Made by a program: the position numbers and the translations under genes | In this document: positions 40,689 to 48,847 of the stretch, piece by piece | Layout: each line of letters starts with the position of its first letter | Position numbering within the stretch: position 1 is the first letter of the stretch | DNA from: a virus | Taxonomy: Duplodnaviria > Caudoviricetes | DNA length: 57,240 nt | Virus record (IMG/VR): IMGVR_UViG_3300013126_000037 | Span: 1-57,240 of that record | Reading direction: 5' to 3' (one strand) | Notes under the pieces: model-generated | Seen by the model: the letters and a program-made list of their open reading frames with translations, nothing else | What the model was told of the DNA's origin: nothing | The model's database searches: none

Positions 40689-42239
40689 GTGAGGTATTTG
40701 AGTGTTTGTTCAGGAGTTGAAGCTGCTAGTTTGGGGTGGCATGATTTAGGTTGGACACCTGTAGGGTTTGCGGAAATTGAGCCGTATCCATCAAGGGTAC
40801 TTGCGGATAGATTCCCTCATGTAAAGAACTATGGGGACATGACCCGTTATAAGGAATGGGATATTGACAGAACATCAATTGACATTATTGTCGGAGGAAC
40901 CCCCTGCCAAGCCTTCAGCGTTGCGGGAATGCGAAAAGGAATGGAAGACCCTAGGGGAAATCTCGCCTTGGTCTTTATTGGTATGGTTGATTTCTTTAGA
41001 CCCGAATGGGTTGTCTGGGAAAACGTACCCGGTTGCCTTAGTGTCAACGGAGGAAGGGACTTTGGCTCCATCCTCGGGGCGTTTTCAGAGCTCGGGTATG
41101 GGTGGTCCTATCGGATCTTGGACGCTCAGTACTTCGGCGTGCCCCAAAGACGCCAAAGAGTCTTTCTTGTCGGACATTCTTCAGGAGATCCACGACGTTC
41201 CGGAAAAGTACTATTTGAGTCCGACTGCGTGCGAAGGCATTCTCAGGAGAGCCGAAAAACGAGGAAAGTCACTCCCACCGCTACTACGACAGGCACTGTT
41301 AGCAGTAAGTGGGCGAAAGGAGCAGGAGGACCAGCAGGAGACGAAGCCTACAACTTAGTCACGGTAATGTATGAAAACCATCCTAATGACAGCCGGGTCA
41401 CTGGACCTGTTGATGAATCACCTACAGTCGCAGCTCGGTGGGGTACAGGTGGAGGTAATACTCCACTTGTACAGCATGCATATCGCAAGTCGAGGCGCGC
41501 TCAGAGCACTGAAGACCATGAGACGTGGGTCGAAGACGAGGTCGCAAACACGTTAAACACGTTTGACGTTGGCGATATTCGCAGTACTAACTTGGCTGTG
41601 CAACCTATTGCTCTTGCTGAAAACACAATAGGTCGACAGCCAACTAACGGAGGTAATGGAAACGGGTTTACGGTTGGTGGACCAATGTATACACTCAATG
41701 CAACAGGCGTGCATGGTGTAGCCCAAGCGTTCACGGCCGCCCAGGTACGTCGAAGCGGTACGGTGCAACTGAGCGACATATCGCCAACGCTAACATCGCA
41801 AAACAAGCAAGGTGACACAGCACCATTGGTATTCGCATTTGAGCCAGGATCGATAGCTCGCAACGCTGGTCCAACGGGCATGGATACTGTATGCTCTACT
41901 CTTCGAGCAGACATGGGTGACAATCAACCCGCAGTACTTTCGGTTGAGCCAAGCACATTCAAAGTGCGTGGTGGATGCGACGGTGGAGGTAAAGGTTATC
42001 TTGGACAAACGGAAAAGGCATTTACTGTGTCAACTACACAGGATCAATATCTGTCACTGAACATGGTAGTGCGTAGGCTCACACCGACCGAATGCGAACG
42101 CTTGCAAGGTATGCCTGACGAGTGGGCTAAGGCTTCAGGTAAAGAGTCAGATTCGGCTCGTTACAAGGCAATAGGTAACAGCATGGCAGTGCCTGTTATG
42201 AAGTGGATTGGTGAAAGGATACAAAAGGAAAGTTTATGA
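40689..42239 (+). CDS. C5 cytosine DNA methyltransferase with a long variable region
   Basis: Motif I SVCSGVEA, IV GGTPCQAFS, VI WENVPG, VIII PQRRQRVF, IX RRLTPTECERLQG, X RYKAIGNS. Confidence 0.95.
   Translation: MRYLSVCSGVEAASLGWHDLGWTPVGFAEIEPYPSRVLADRFPHVKNYGDMTRYKEWDIDRTSIDIIVGGTPCQAFSVAGMRKGMEDPRGNLALVFIGMVDFFRPEWVVWENVPGCLSVNGGRDFGSILGAFSELGYGWSYRILDAQYFGVPQRRQRVFLVGHSSGDPRRSGKVLFESDCVRRHSQESRKTRKVTPTATTTGTVSSKWAKGAGGPAGDEAYNLVTVMYENHPNDSRVTGPVDESPTVAARWGTGGGNTPLVQHAYRKSRRAQSTEDHETWVEDEVANTLNTFDVGDIRSTNLAVQPIALAENTIGRQPTNGGNGNGFTVGGPMYTLNATGVHGVAQAFTAAQVRRSGTVQLSDISPTLTSQNKQGDTAPLVFAFEPGSIARNAGPTGMDTVCSTLRADMGDNQPAVLSVEPSTFKVRGGCDGGGKGYLGQTEKAFTVSTTQDQYLSLNMVVRRLTPTECERLQGMPDEWAKASGKESDSARYKAIGNSMAVPVMKWIGERIQKESL
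40864..41358 (+). CDS. Nested +1-frame ORF in the methyltransferase gene (M.EcoHK31I beta-polypeptide-like)
   Basis: 164-codon open alternative frame, AAGGA RBS before TTG, 'LSDILQ...VP.KYYLSP.AC.GILRRA..RGK.LP..L..AL' motif. Confidence 0.65.
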   Translation: MTEHQLTLLSEEPPAKPSALRECEKEWKTLGEISPWSLLVWLISLDPNGLSGKTYPVALVSTEEGTLAPSSGRFQSSGMGGPIGSWTLSTSACPKDAKESFLSDILQEIHDVPEKYYLSPTACEGILRRAEKRGKSLPPLLRQALLAVSGRKEQEDQQETKPTT

Positions 42240-42694
42240 AGTTGATTTACGAAGTTATGGAGCATGGCGTAGAACCCTTCGCCGTGCCTCTACCTGAGTA
42301 TAAAGGTAACGCCGCATGCTTCGATATCGCAGCTGCTGTGAAGAAACCAGTGTCTATACACCCAGGTAAATACGCAGTTATCCCTACAGCACTTAAATTC
42401 AAGATACCTGCGGGTTACGAGTTGCAAGTTAGGTCACGCAGTGGCTTGGCGGCATCGTATGGATTGTTTGTGCTAAACGCACCAGGCACAATTGATGAAG
42501 ACTTTCAAGGTGAACTAAAAGTTATCTTGATGAATCTAGGGGAAAACGTAGAACATATTTGCAGGGGGTCACGAATTGCTCAGGTATCACTCAGCCCGGT
42601 CACAAAGGCAGAACTCATTGAACTCAACACGGGAGACTTATTTGAACAACAAACTGAAAGAGGGAGTAACGGGTTTGGATCAACAGGTAGATAA
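42236..42694 (+). CDS. dut: Trimeric dUTPase
   Basis: ACFDI, VRSRSGLA, GTIDEDFQGE, RIAQ, RG.NGFGSTG motifs. Confidence 0.96.
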   Translation: MKLIYEVMEHGVEPFAVPLPEYKGNAACFDIAAAVKKPVSIHPGKYAVIPTALKFKIPAGYELQVRSRSGLAASYGLFVLNAPGTIDEDFQGELKVILMNLGENVEHICRGSRIAQVSLSPVTKAELIELNTGDLFEQQTERGSNGFGSTGR

Positions 42695-43022
42695 AGGCAC
42701 TGTTGTACACGGACTCAATGAACACTACCGACGTAACGCAATAGATGCTGTAGAAGTGTCCGATGACTGGGAACTTACCCGTTATGAATTCTCAGCACTT
42801 AAGTATTTGCAGCGACGTGGGCAGAAGCCAGGTACTACGTACAACAAAGATTTGTGCAAAGCCATCTGGTATCTCGTATATTGTGTAACCAAGGACAAGA
42901 AGTTTACTGGATGCATCACAGAAATGGTGCTTGCATACACAGGTGAATGTCCAAACGCACAAGCAAACGAAGTTACTAAATACATGCGAAGGGAAAAGTA
43001 TGGACCGACCAATTGCAGTTAG
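42675..43022 (+). CDS. DUF3310-like (T7 gp1.7/SaV-like) protein
   Basis: 'HY....IDA', 'ALKYL.R...K....DL.KAIWYL'; start set at TTG 42675. Confidence 0.8.
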   Translation: MDQQVDKGTVVHGLNEHYRRNAIDAVEVSDDWELTRYEFSALKYLQRRGQKPGTTYNKDLCKAIWYLVYCVTKDKKFTGCITEMVLAYTGECPNAQANEVTKYMRREKYGPTNCS

Positions 43023-43545
43023 AGCAATCATGAATGCCCGTCTAAATCTTGGTGTGTGCGAGACGGGTGGTGAAAACAGAGGCAAAGAAGTCGAAGCGTA
43101 TTTGGCTAGTTGCGTGCCTCCATTGCCACCAGGTTCACCCTGGTGTGTTGCTCATGTACGCTACAGGCTCAAACAAGCAGCTACAGACTTGGGGCTTACG
43201 TATGACACATCTATGCCAAGGACTGGTTACACTCCTAATTGGGTAAGGTGGGCGAAACGTACAAATAACTGGGTGTCTGTCAAAGCAGCAAAAGCCAACC
43301 CGCATCTATTGCGTGAAGGTGACGTTGTGTGCTTTTACTTTAAAACACTTGGTAGATGCGCACACATGGGAATGATTGACGCCGTACGGTCAGATGGTTC
43401 TGGCGTGCTTACTGTCGAAGGCAACACATCACCAGAAAAAGGGGATGACAATTATGTCGACCGAGACGGTGATGGGCTGTACCCAAAAGTACGCGATTGG
43501 AGTGAACTTGGCGAGTTTGGCGGGTTCATTACAATAAACTTTTAA
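43000..43545 (+). CDS. CHAP-domain peptidoglycan hydrolase (probable endolysin)
   Basis: 'GV.E.GG.NRG..V..Y', PWC, HMG, VEGNT motifs; start at ATG 43000. Confidence 0.85.
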   Translation: MDRPIAVRAIMNARLNLGVCETGGENRGKEVEAYLASCVPPLPPGSPWCVAHVRYRLKQAATDLGLTYDTSMPRTGYTPNWVRWAKRTNNWVSVKAAKANPHLLREGDVVCFYFKTLGRCAHMGMIDAVRSDGSGVLTVEGNTSPEKGDDNYVDRDGDGLYPKVRDWSELGEFGGFITINF

Positions 43546-43553
43546 AGATGGTA

Positions 43554-43583
43554 AAGTATCTTGTGGTAAGACACAAGATACTT
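43554..43583. promoter_or_regulatory. 12-bp inverted repeat (operator or hairpin) upstream of the XRE gene
   Basis: AAGTATCTTGTG-GTAAGA-CACAAGATACTT, overlapping a TGgTAAAGT extended -10-like sequence. Confidence 0.6.
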
Positions 43584-43599
43584 ACCTGAAAGGAATCAT

Positions 43600-43902
43600 A
43601 TGGCAAGACCACATGTGAAGCGGACAAAGCTGCATCATCTGTGTGACCGGGCCGGCTTGACGCAACGTATGTTCGCCGAGCAGGTAGGTGCAGATGAATC
43701 AACAACATCTCTATGGCTCAGCGGAAAAAGAATGCCTAGTGCAAATGTAGTACCAAAGATTGCAGAAGTACTTGGGATGGAAGCCAACTACTTACTTGGA
43801 CTGTTTGTGGCTATGGAGCTTCGACGGAATTACGGCGACACGGTATGTAGATTCGTCTACACACATCTGAATCAACTATCGGCGGAAGAAGACTATTCAT
43901 AA
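43600..43902 (+). CDS. XRE/Cro-CI family HTH regulator
   Basis: 'GLTQ..FAEQVG.....TS.W.SGKR.P......KIAEVLG'. Confidence 0.9.
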   Translation: MARPHVKRTKLHHLCDRAGLTQRMFAEQVGADESTTSLWLSGKRMPSANVVPKIAEVLGMEANYLLGLFVAMELRRNYGDTVCRFVYTHLNQLSAEEDYS

Positions 43903-43903
43903 A

Positions 43904-44287
43904 ATGATTAACTGCGTAACGCTTACTGGAAGACTATGTGCAGACCCTGAATTCAAACAGACAACAGGTTCATTGCCCATAGCAAAACTCAACATTGCTG
44001 TCGACAGGAAAGGACGTGAAAAGGAAACGGACTTTTTTGACGCTGTATGTTTTGGTAAAACGGCTGACTTTGCATGTACCTACTTGTCAAAGGGACAACT
44101 AGTAGGAATCACTGGGAGCCTTAAGATGCGTCAGTATCAAGCCAAGGATGGCAGTAATCGCAAAGTAGTTGAAGTTGTCGTTGACAAACTTACGCCACTT
44201 GAGTACAAAGACAAGCAAGCAAGCTCGTCACAGTCAATGAATCAAGCACCTATTGCTATCGATGACATTGAAGACCCGTTTGCCTAA
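43904..44287 (+). CDS. ssb: Single-stranded DNA-binding protein
   Basis: 'N.VTL.GRL.ADPE', 'ETDFF', 'KG.LV.I.G.L..R.Y', acidic tail DDIEDPFA. Confidence 0.96.
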   Translation: MINCVTLTGRLCADPEFKQTTGSLPIAKLNIAVDRKGREKETDFFDAVCFGKTADFACTYLSKGQLVGITGSLKMRQYQAKDGSNRKVVEVVVDKLTPLEYKDKQASSSQSMNQAPIAIDDIEDPFA

Positions 44288-44299
44288 AAGATGCCTGGG

Positions 44300-44605
44300 C
44301 TATTTTATATAGCCCAGTTTTCTACCCTTGTTGCATGCTTGCGTACGTGCATCACGTCCACTGCAACCAAGTTTCCAATACATTGAATCCATATGAAACT
44401 GCACTGTCCTGTGGCTGATACCTAAACTTGCAGCCATCTGTTTTGCGGTCAACTTACTTGGCATCATTCCAAGGATTTGACGCTCTCGATCTGATAGTTC
44501 GTATATTACGTCTGTACGAGATTCTTTTTCTGCTGGCGCTTCATCATGTGAACGCCAAGTAAAACCATCAAAATACATACCCTCACGGGAATCTTCCATA
44601 AACAT
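44300..44605 (-). CDS. LuxR-type HTH regulator
   Basis: 'LSDRERQIL......T.KQMA..LGIS.RTV.FH....Y.KLG'. Confidence 0.88.
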   Translation of the reverse strand: MFMEDSREGMYFDGFTWRSHDEAPAEKESRTDVIYELSDRERQILGMMPSKLTAKQMAASLGISHRTVQFHMDSMYWKLGCSGRDARTQACNKGRKLGYIK

Positions 44606-44671
44606 TACCTTTCATGTACAATCCAATTGTGTTTTATCTGCGATTGTAGCATACCTGCTAGCGAGGTTATC

Positions 44672-44923
44672 ATGGGAGTTGTAAAAAAATATCAGAATCC
44701 GTCTGGTGGACTCAATGCCGCTGGGCGTGCGCACTTCAAGAAAACTGAAGGATTAAACCTTAAGCCTCCAGCGCCAAACCCCAAAACGCCTAAAGATGCA
44801 TCAAGGCGCAAGTCTTTTTGTGCACGTATGGAAGGCATGAAGCGTGTAAACACGTCAGCAAAAACTGCAAATGATCCGAATAGTCGAATCAACAAATCAC
44901 TTAGAGCTTGGAACTGTAAATAA
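44672..44923 (+). CDS. Small basic conserved phage protein (DUF6321-like)
   Basis: 'NP.GGLN.AGR....', 'RRKSFCARM.G', 'DPNSR..KSLR.WNC'; start at ATG 44672 (RBS GAGG). Confidence 0.75.
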   Translation: MGVVKKYQNPSGGLNAAGRAHFKKTEGLNLKPPAPNPKTPKDASRRKSFCARMEGMKRVNTSAKTANDPNSRINKSLRAWNCK

Positions 44924-44958
44924 AGCAGACTCTACATGTAGGGTGAAAGGAAACAACT

Positions 44959-45393
44959 ATGCCTCAATCAACGCCACCGCGCCCGTCAGCTAATCCTGGT
45001 GGAGAGCGTGGACTGTATCGCAGTGATGCATCACGAGCAACTGTACCGGGGTCAAGGCGACCACAGACTGCAGCGCAGCGTGCTTTGAACCCTGGTCGAG
45101 TTGCACATGCTGCATCTGAAGCCCGTGGTCAATCACGGGGAAGAGCACAAGGAGTTGGCATTGGTGCAACATTAATCGGGTCGGCGATGGCTATTAAAGG
45201 CGCATATGACAACCAAATGGCAGAAAATGCTAAGTTTAATGCGTTTAATAGAGGTAAAGCTGCTGGTCGACAAACGGATTCCGCTGGTCGGTCAACGTCA
45301 CCTGTAGGTAAAAATCCTAAAGAAACGTATAAAGCACCTGTGACAAAAGCACTATTGAATGACGGTCGGAAACCAGTCGTCAAACCAAAATAA
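44959..45393 (+). CDS. Basic Arg/Ala/Gly-rich hypothetical protein
   Basis: RBS GAAAGGA; 144 aa. Confidence 0.7.
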   Translation: MPQSTPPRPSANPGGERGLYRSDASRATVPGSRRPQTAAQRALNPGRVAHAASEARGQSRGRAQGVGIGATLIGSAMAIKGAYDNQMAENAKFNAFNRGKAAGRQTDSAGRSTSPVGKNPKETYKAPVTKALLNDGRKPVVKPK

Positions 45394-45441
45394 CTTGGCT
45401 ATATGAGGTAGCAAAATGGTTACCAGAAAAGGAAAAACAAG

Positions 45442-45597
45442 ATGAGTTGCAAACAGTGTGGTAGTCCAATGTACGGTGGTGCATGTATGAAATGTAGTGG
45501 GAAGGGCAAACCCATGGACAATAAAAATATGAAACCATCGACAAAAGGTAAAGGTAAGAACATGATGCCTATGATGGCAGCCAAACGAGGTAAGTAA
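45442..45597 (+). CDS. Small basic Lys/Met-rich CxxC...CxxC protein (51 aa)
   Basis: Read manually: MSCKQCGSPMYGGACMKCSGKGKPM...; RBS AAAGGA; TAATG overlap with the next gene. Confidence 0.65.
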   Translation: MSCKQCGSPMYGGACMKCSGKGKPMDNKNMKPSTKGKGKNMMPMMAAKRGK

Positions 45598-45806
45598 TGA
45601 ACACTGTGCCCAGTAAGCCAAAAGATGGTAAAGCTACGCCTACAAAAGAAGAAATTAAGGCTGTGATGCCTAATAATGCCATGCCAGCGCATATGCCAAT
45701 GCGTGGCTTGTCTAGGCTGATGCAAGCTCGTCAAGAAAATGGTGCTGGGCGCAGTATTAATAACTTAATGAACGCTCAGGCAAGACAAACCAAATTCAGA
45801 GGCTGA
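45597..45806 (+). CDS. Small basic hypothetical protein
   Basis: Translationally coupled 69-aa ORF. Confidence 0.65.
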   Translation: MNTVPSKPKDGKATPTKEEIKAVMPNNAMPAHMPMRGLSRLMQARQENGAGRSINNLMNAQARQTKFRG

Positions 45807-45807
45807 T

Positions 45808-47151
45808 ATGGACGAAAAAAAGAAACAAGAATTAGCCGGACTATTAAGCATGGTTGGTGTTGTCGGGGGCGGTGTGGGCACGCTTGCTGGTGGTGGGTCA
45901 TTGATTCACAACGCAGTCGGTGCAAATAAAGCCATTGACCAACAGTATCAAAATCGCATTTTAGGTAAAACAAATACATTTACTCTAGCAAGTCTTAATC
46001 CACAACAAAGAGCTGCTGTAAAACGCTTGACTGGCCATGATGTAAGCACGTGGGAAGGGGGCATGCCAGTTGGCGAGTTGCCAGTTAAAGTTAATGGAAG
46101 AGATTTTTTATTAAAAGAACTTATTTTTGATAAGCAATATGGTGTCAATGCAAAATTGCCTAAAGATGCGGGGGGATTACAACTTCGTGAGGCTATTAAT
46201 CAGTTGGTTGTTCCAGTTCAACAGCAGGTATTAAATGAAGCACAAAATAAAGTTAGAAGCCGTGAAGTTTTAAAAGACACGTTATCGCAGCATGTTGCCG
46301 AAGGCGGTTTAATTCCTAAAGTCGAACGAGGTAGCGGTCGATTTAATATGATTGGGCAAGGGACAAGCGCATCAGCACTAAGGCAAGGCGCTGCTGGTTC
46401 AACTGCTCCGACATCGTCACTTATCACAAATGAAGGATTTGAGACTGGGCCGAGGATGTCGTTTAATCAAATTGCTGGTCGACTACCTGCGGGACACCCA
46501 TCGGCGTTTTCGGGCAACAAGGTTCCGGGTACAGACGTAATATCTACACAGCGTGGATTACAGGGACAAACCACTCCGTCAACTTTGACGGAGCCTGTGC
46601 CACAGGCACCTGGTGCGCCTCGAACGCCAATGGCAACTCAGACAAACAATTTCACGGGACCAGAAACATTTCCGGAACGACAAGCCGCGTATCGTGAAAC
46701 AGTTAAGCAATTAAGGCCAACTGGACTTAATGCACTGAGGGCGAAGATTAAAGTGCCAGGTACAGGGACGCAAGCAGTCAAGGGTTTAGTGCGCGGTGCA
46801 GCCAGAGGCATAGCCAGATCACCAACATCTGCCAAAGTAGGAGCTGGAGCATTGGTTGCGGGCGGAGCTTTAAAGTTTTTAGCTGACAATTACACTTCTG
46901 ACAAAATGGTAGAAGATGCAATTCGTGATCCTGTTGAAGGAACGCAACCTGGCGCTAGACCGCCAGCAGGTTCGACTAAAAACACACCTGTGCCGAATGA
47001 AGGTGAACAACAAATCATAGATATATTTGACCAAAAGTACAATTATCTTTCTAAAGACGATAAGTTATCAATAGCCAAACGAATGGCAGCTGAAGGGAAA
47101 AGTTTCAGTGCTACCGCTCGGATATGGTTGAAGTACAATGCCTCAAACTAA
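45808..47151 (+). CDS. Hypothetical Gly/Ala/Pro-rich protein (possibly virion-associated)
   Basis: 447-aa ORF with two hydrophobic GxxxG stretches. Confidence 0.7.
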   Translation: MDEKKKQELAGLLSMVGVVGGGVGTLAGGGSLIHNAVGANKAIDQQYQNRILGKTNTFTLASLNPQQRAAVKRLTGHDVSTWEGGMPVGELPVKVNGRDFLLKELIFDKQYGVNAKLPKDAGGLQLREAINQLVVPVQQQVLNEAQNKVRSREVLKDTLSQHVAEGGLIPKVERGSGRFNMIGQGTSASALRQGAAGSTAPTSSLITNEGFETGPRMSFNQIAGRLPAGHPSAFSGNKVPGTDVISTQRGLQGQTTPSTLTEPVPQAPGAPRTPMATQTNNFTGPETFPERQAAYRETVKQLRPTGLNALRAKIKVPGTGTQAVKGLVRGAARGIARSPTSAKVGAGALVAGGALKFLADNYTSDKMVEDAIRDPVEGTQPGARPPAGSTKNTPVPNEGEQQIIDIFDQKYNYLSKDDKLSIAKRMAAEGKSFSATARIWLKYNASN

Positions 47152-48079
47152 TAAAATCAGTAAGTTGATTAACTTACTGCAACGTGCCAACGCTGGTACA
47201 AAACCAGTTAGGCAGTTTGCAGGTAAGGCTGGAATGACTGGATTACAAGGCGTTACAGCCATGGGTGCAGGACAGACGTTTGCGCCAAACAAGTCATTAG
47301 AACAAGGCATTCATTACATGATGCCAGGTACATATGTAGATTTAATTGCCAATGGCGTAGGTGGACCTGCGGGTAGTGCAATGACAGCGGCAAAAACAGG
47401 ATGGGAAAACGTTATTTCTAAAGGCAGAGAAATACTTGACCCATACGCTGCTAGAGATTTGTTTCATAGCGCATATGACCCAGAAGGCAAATACGCTGCG
47501 GTAACAAGAGGTGTGGCAGATGTTTTAGATGTACCCGTGCAATCAGTAATGGACTACGCATCATTACCGATTCCCGGCGCAATGCCATTTTTACTGAAAG
47601 CAAACGCTGTCAATCAACTTGCAAATGTTGCAGTGAGAGACGTCAATCTTCCGGGCATTAACACACCAGATAGATACAAAATACCAATACTTCACGATCC
47701 AGATGAGGCGCCTGACGATTACGATAGAGAATACAATCAAGGCGTTTATGAACACAATAAAAATGTTAATCGTGGATATGACAATGCGGATGATGTTTGG
47801 AAGTTAGCTCAGAAACGCGCTGCGGATTTATCAGCAATTACGTCTGGAATAGTCAGGGAAGGCAAACGCATTGGATTATCTGTAAAACAAATAGAAGCAC
47901 GCATAAAAGATGCAAAACGCAAATATGGAGCAACGGGTGCGGATGTGTTACGTGCTGGCGTCGAACCCGGCGGTATTCCAAAAGATTTCACGAACATTAA
48001 AAATCAAATTGAAGCCAGTAGACTTACAGGTGGGAAGCAAACTGGCTACGGCTATAACTCTTGGGATAGACGGCGGTAA
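47138..48079 (+). CDS. Hypothetical protein (possibly virion-associated)
   Basis: 313-aa ORF overlapping the upstream gene. Confidence 0.7.
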   Translation: MPQTNKISKLINLLQRANAGTKPVRQFAGKAGMTGLQGVTAMGAGQTFAPNKSLEQGIHYMMPGTYVDLIANGVGGPAGSAMTAAKTGWENVISKGREILDPYAARDLFHSAYDPEGKYAAVTRGVADVLDVPVQSVMDYASLPIPGAMPFLLKANAVNQLANVAVRDVNLPGINTPDRYKIPILHDPDEAPDDYDREYNQGVYEHNKNVNRGYDNADDVWKLAQKRAADLSAITSGIVREGKRIGLSVKQIEARIKDAKRKYGATGADVLRAGVEPGGIPKDFTNIKNQIEASRLTGGKQTGYGYNSWDRRR

Positions 48080-48088
48080 TATGGCTTT

Positions 48089-48847
48089 ATGTCAGAGATT
48101 ACAGTTATCGATGGAAAACGCTATAGGATTGACGGTACATCTAAAACAAAGTTATGCAACGGTATTGTCGTTGACAATGTATTAGACGGAACTACGCGGA
48201 ACTGCAATGCTCGCGCAATGAAGGGGCGTGATTATTGCCAATACCACGGAGGTAAGGCATTAATAGGTCCAGAGCATCCAAACTTTATTACAGGGCTTGC
48301 AAGTAAAAACAAAAAGCGTTTTAGCACTGTCGGAAAGCAATTATTAGATCGCATTGAGGAATTGCGAGAAGACGTTGACCTATTCAGTTTAAAGGATGAC
48401 GCAGCGTTTATCACTGCAATTATGGACAAGCGTGCGGAAGCGGCAGCTGAAGGGGTTGGGATTGACCAGTACAAAAAAGTGCAAGCAGCTTACGGGTTAG
48501 CACACAGTAAACTTGGTAGTCCAGATTTTGTAGATGCGTTTGAGCAAATTGGAGATGTCCTAACAGACACTCTAACTATGTATGATGCAAGCAGAGATGT
48601 TATAGAGTTAATAGAGAAGCGTGTAGATATTGTTGAAGCAGAACAAAGAATGATGCACGCAAAGGCGTATACTCTGGAAATAGACCAAGCGTTTTCGTTA
48701 GTGATGCAAGTGTTAGAGATAGTCAAAGATAATGTGCGGTCGTCTGAGGAGTTAATCGCCATACAAGCAGGATTCCAGAAGTTACTTAAGGTTTATCAAG
48801 CTCCTGATGAAGACGTCGTTGACGCGGAGATTATAAGTGAATCTTAG
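48089..48847 (+). CDS. Putative terminase small subunit
   Basis: C...C..C.YHGG (HGGxSTG-like) N-terminus, helical body, directly upstream of TerL. Confidence 0.7.
   Translation: MSEITVIDGKRYRIDGTSKTKLCNGIVVDNVLDGTTRNCNARAMKGRDYCQYHGGKALIGPEHPNFITGLASKNKKRFSTVGKQLLDRIEELREDVDLFSLKDDAAFITAIMDKRAEAAAEGVGIDQYKKVQAAYGLAHSKLGSPDFVDAFEQIGDVLTDTLTMYDASRDVIELIEKRVDIVEAEQRMMHAKAYTLEIDQAFSLVMQVLEIVKDNVRSSEELIAIQAGFQKLLKVYQAPDEDVVDAEIISES

Noticed and set aside
43904-44287. Host assignment from the SSB tail (DPFA) and DnaB sequence style
   Set aside because: Suggestive only. Strong GGAGG RBSs argue against Bacteroidota, but a host call needs phylogenetic placement or spacer matches.
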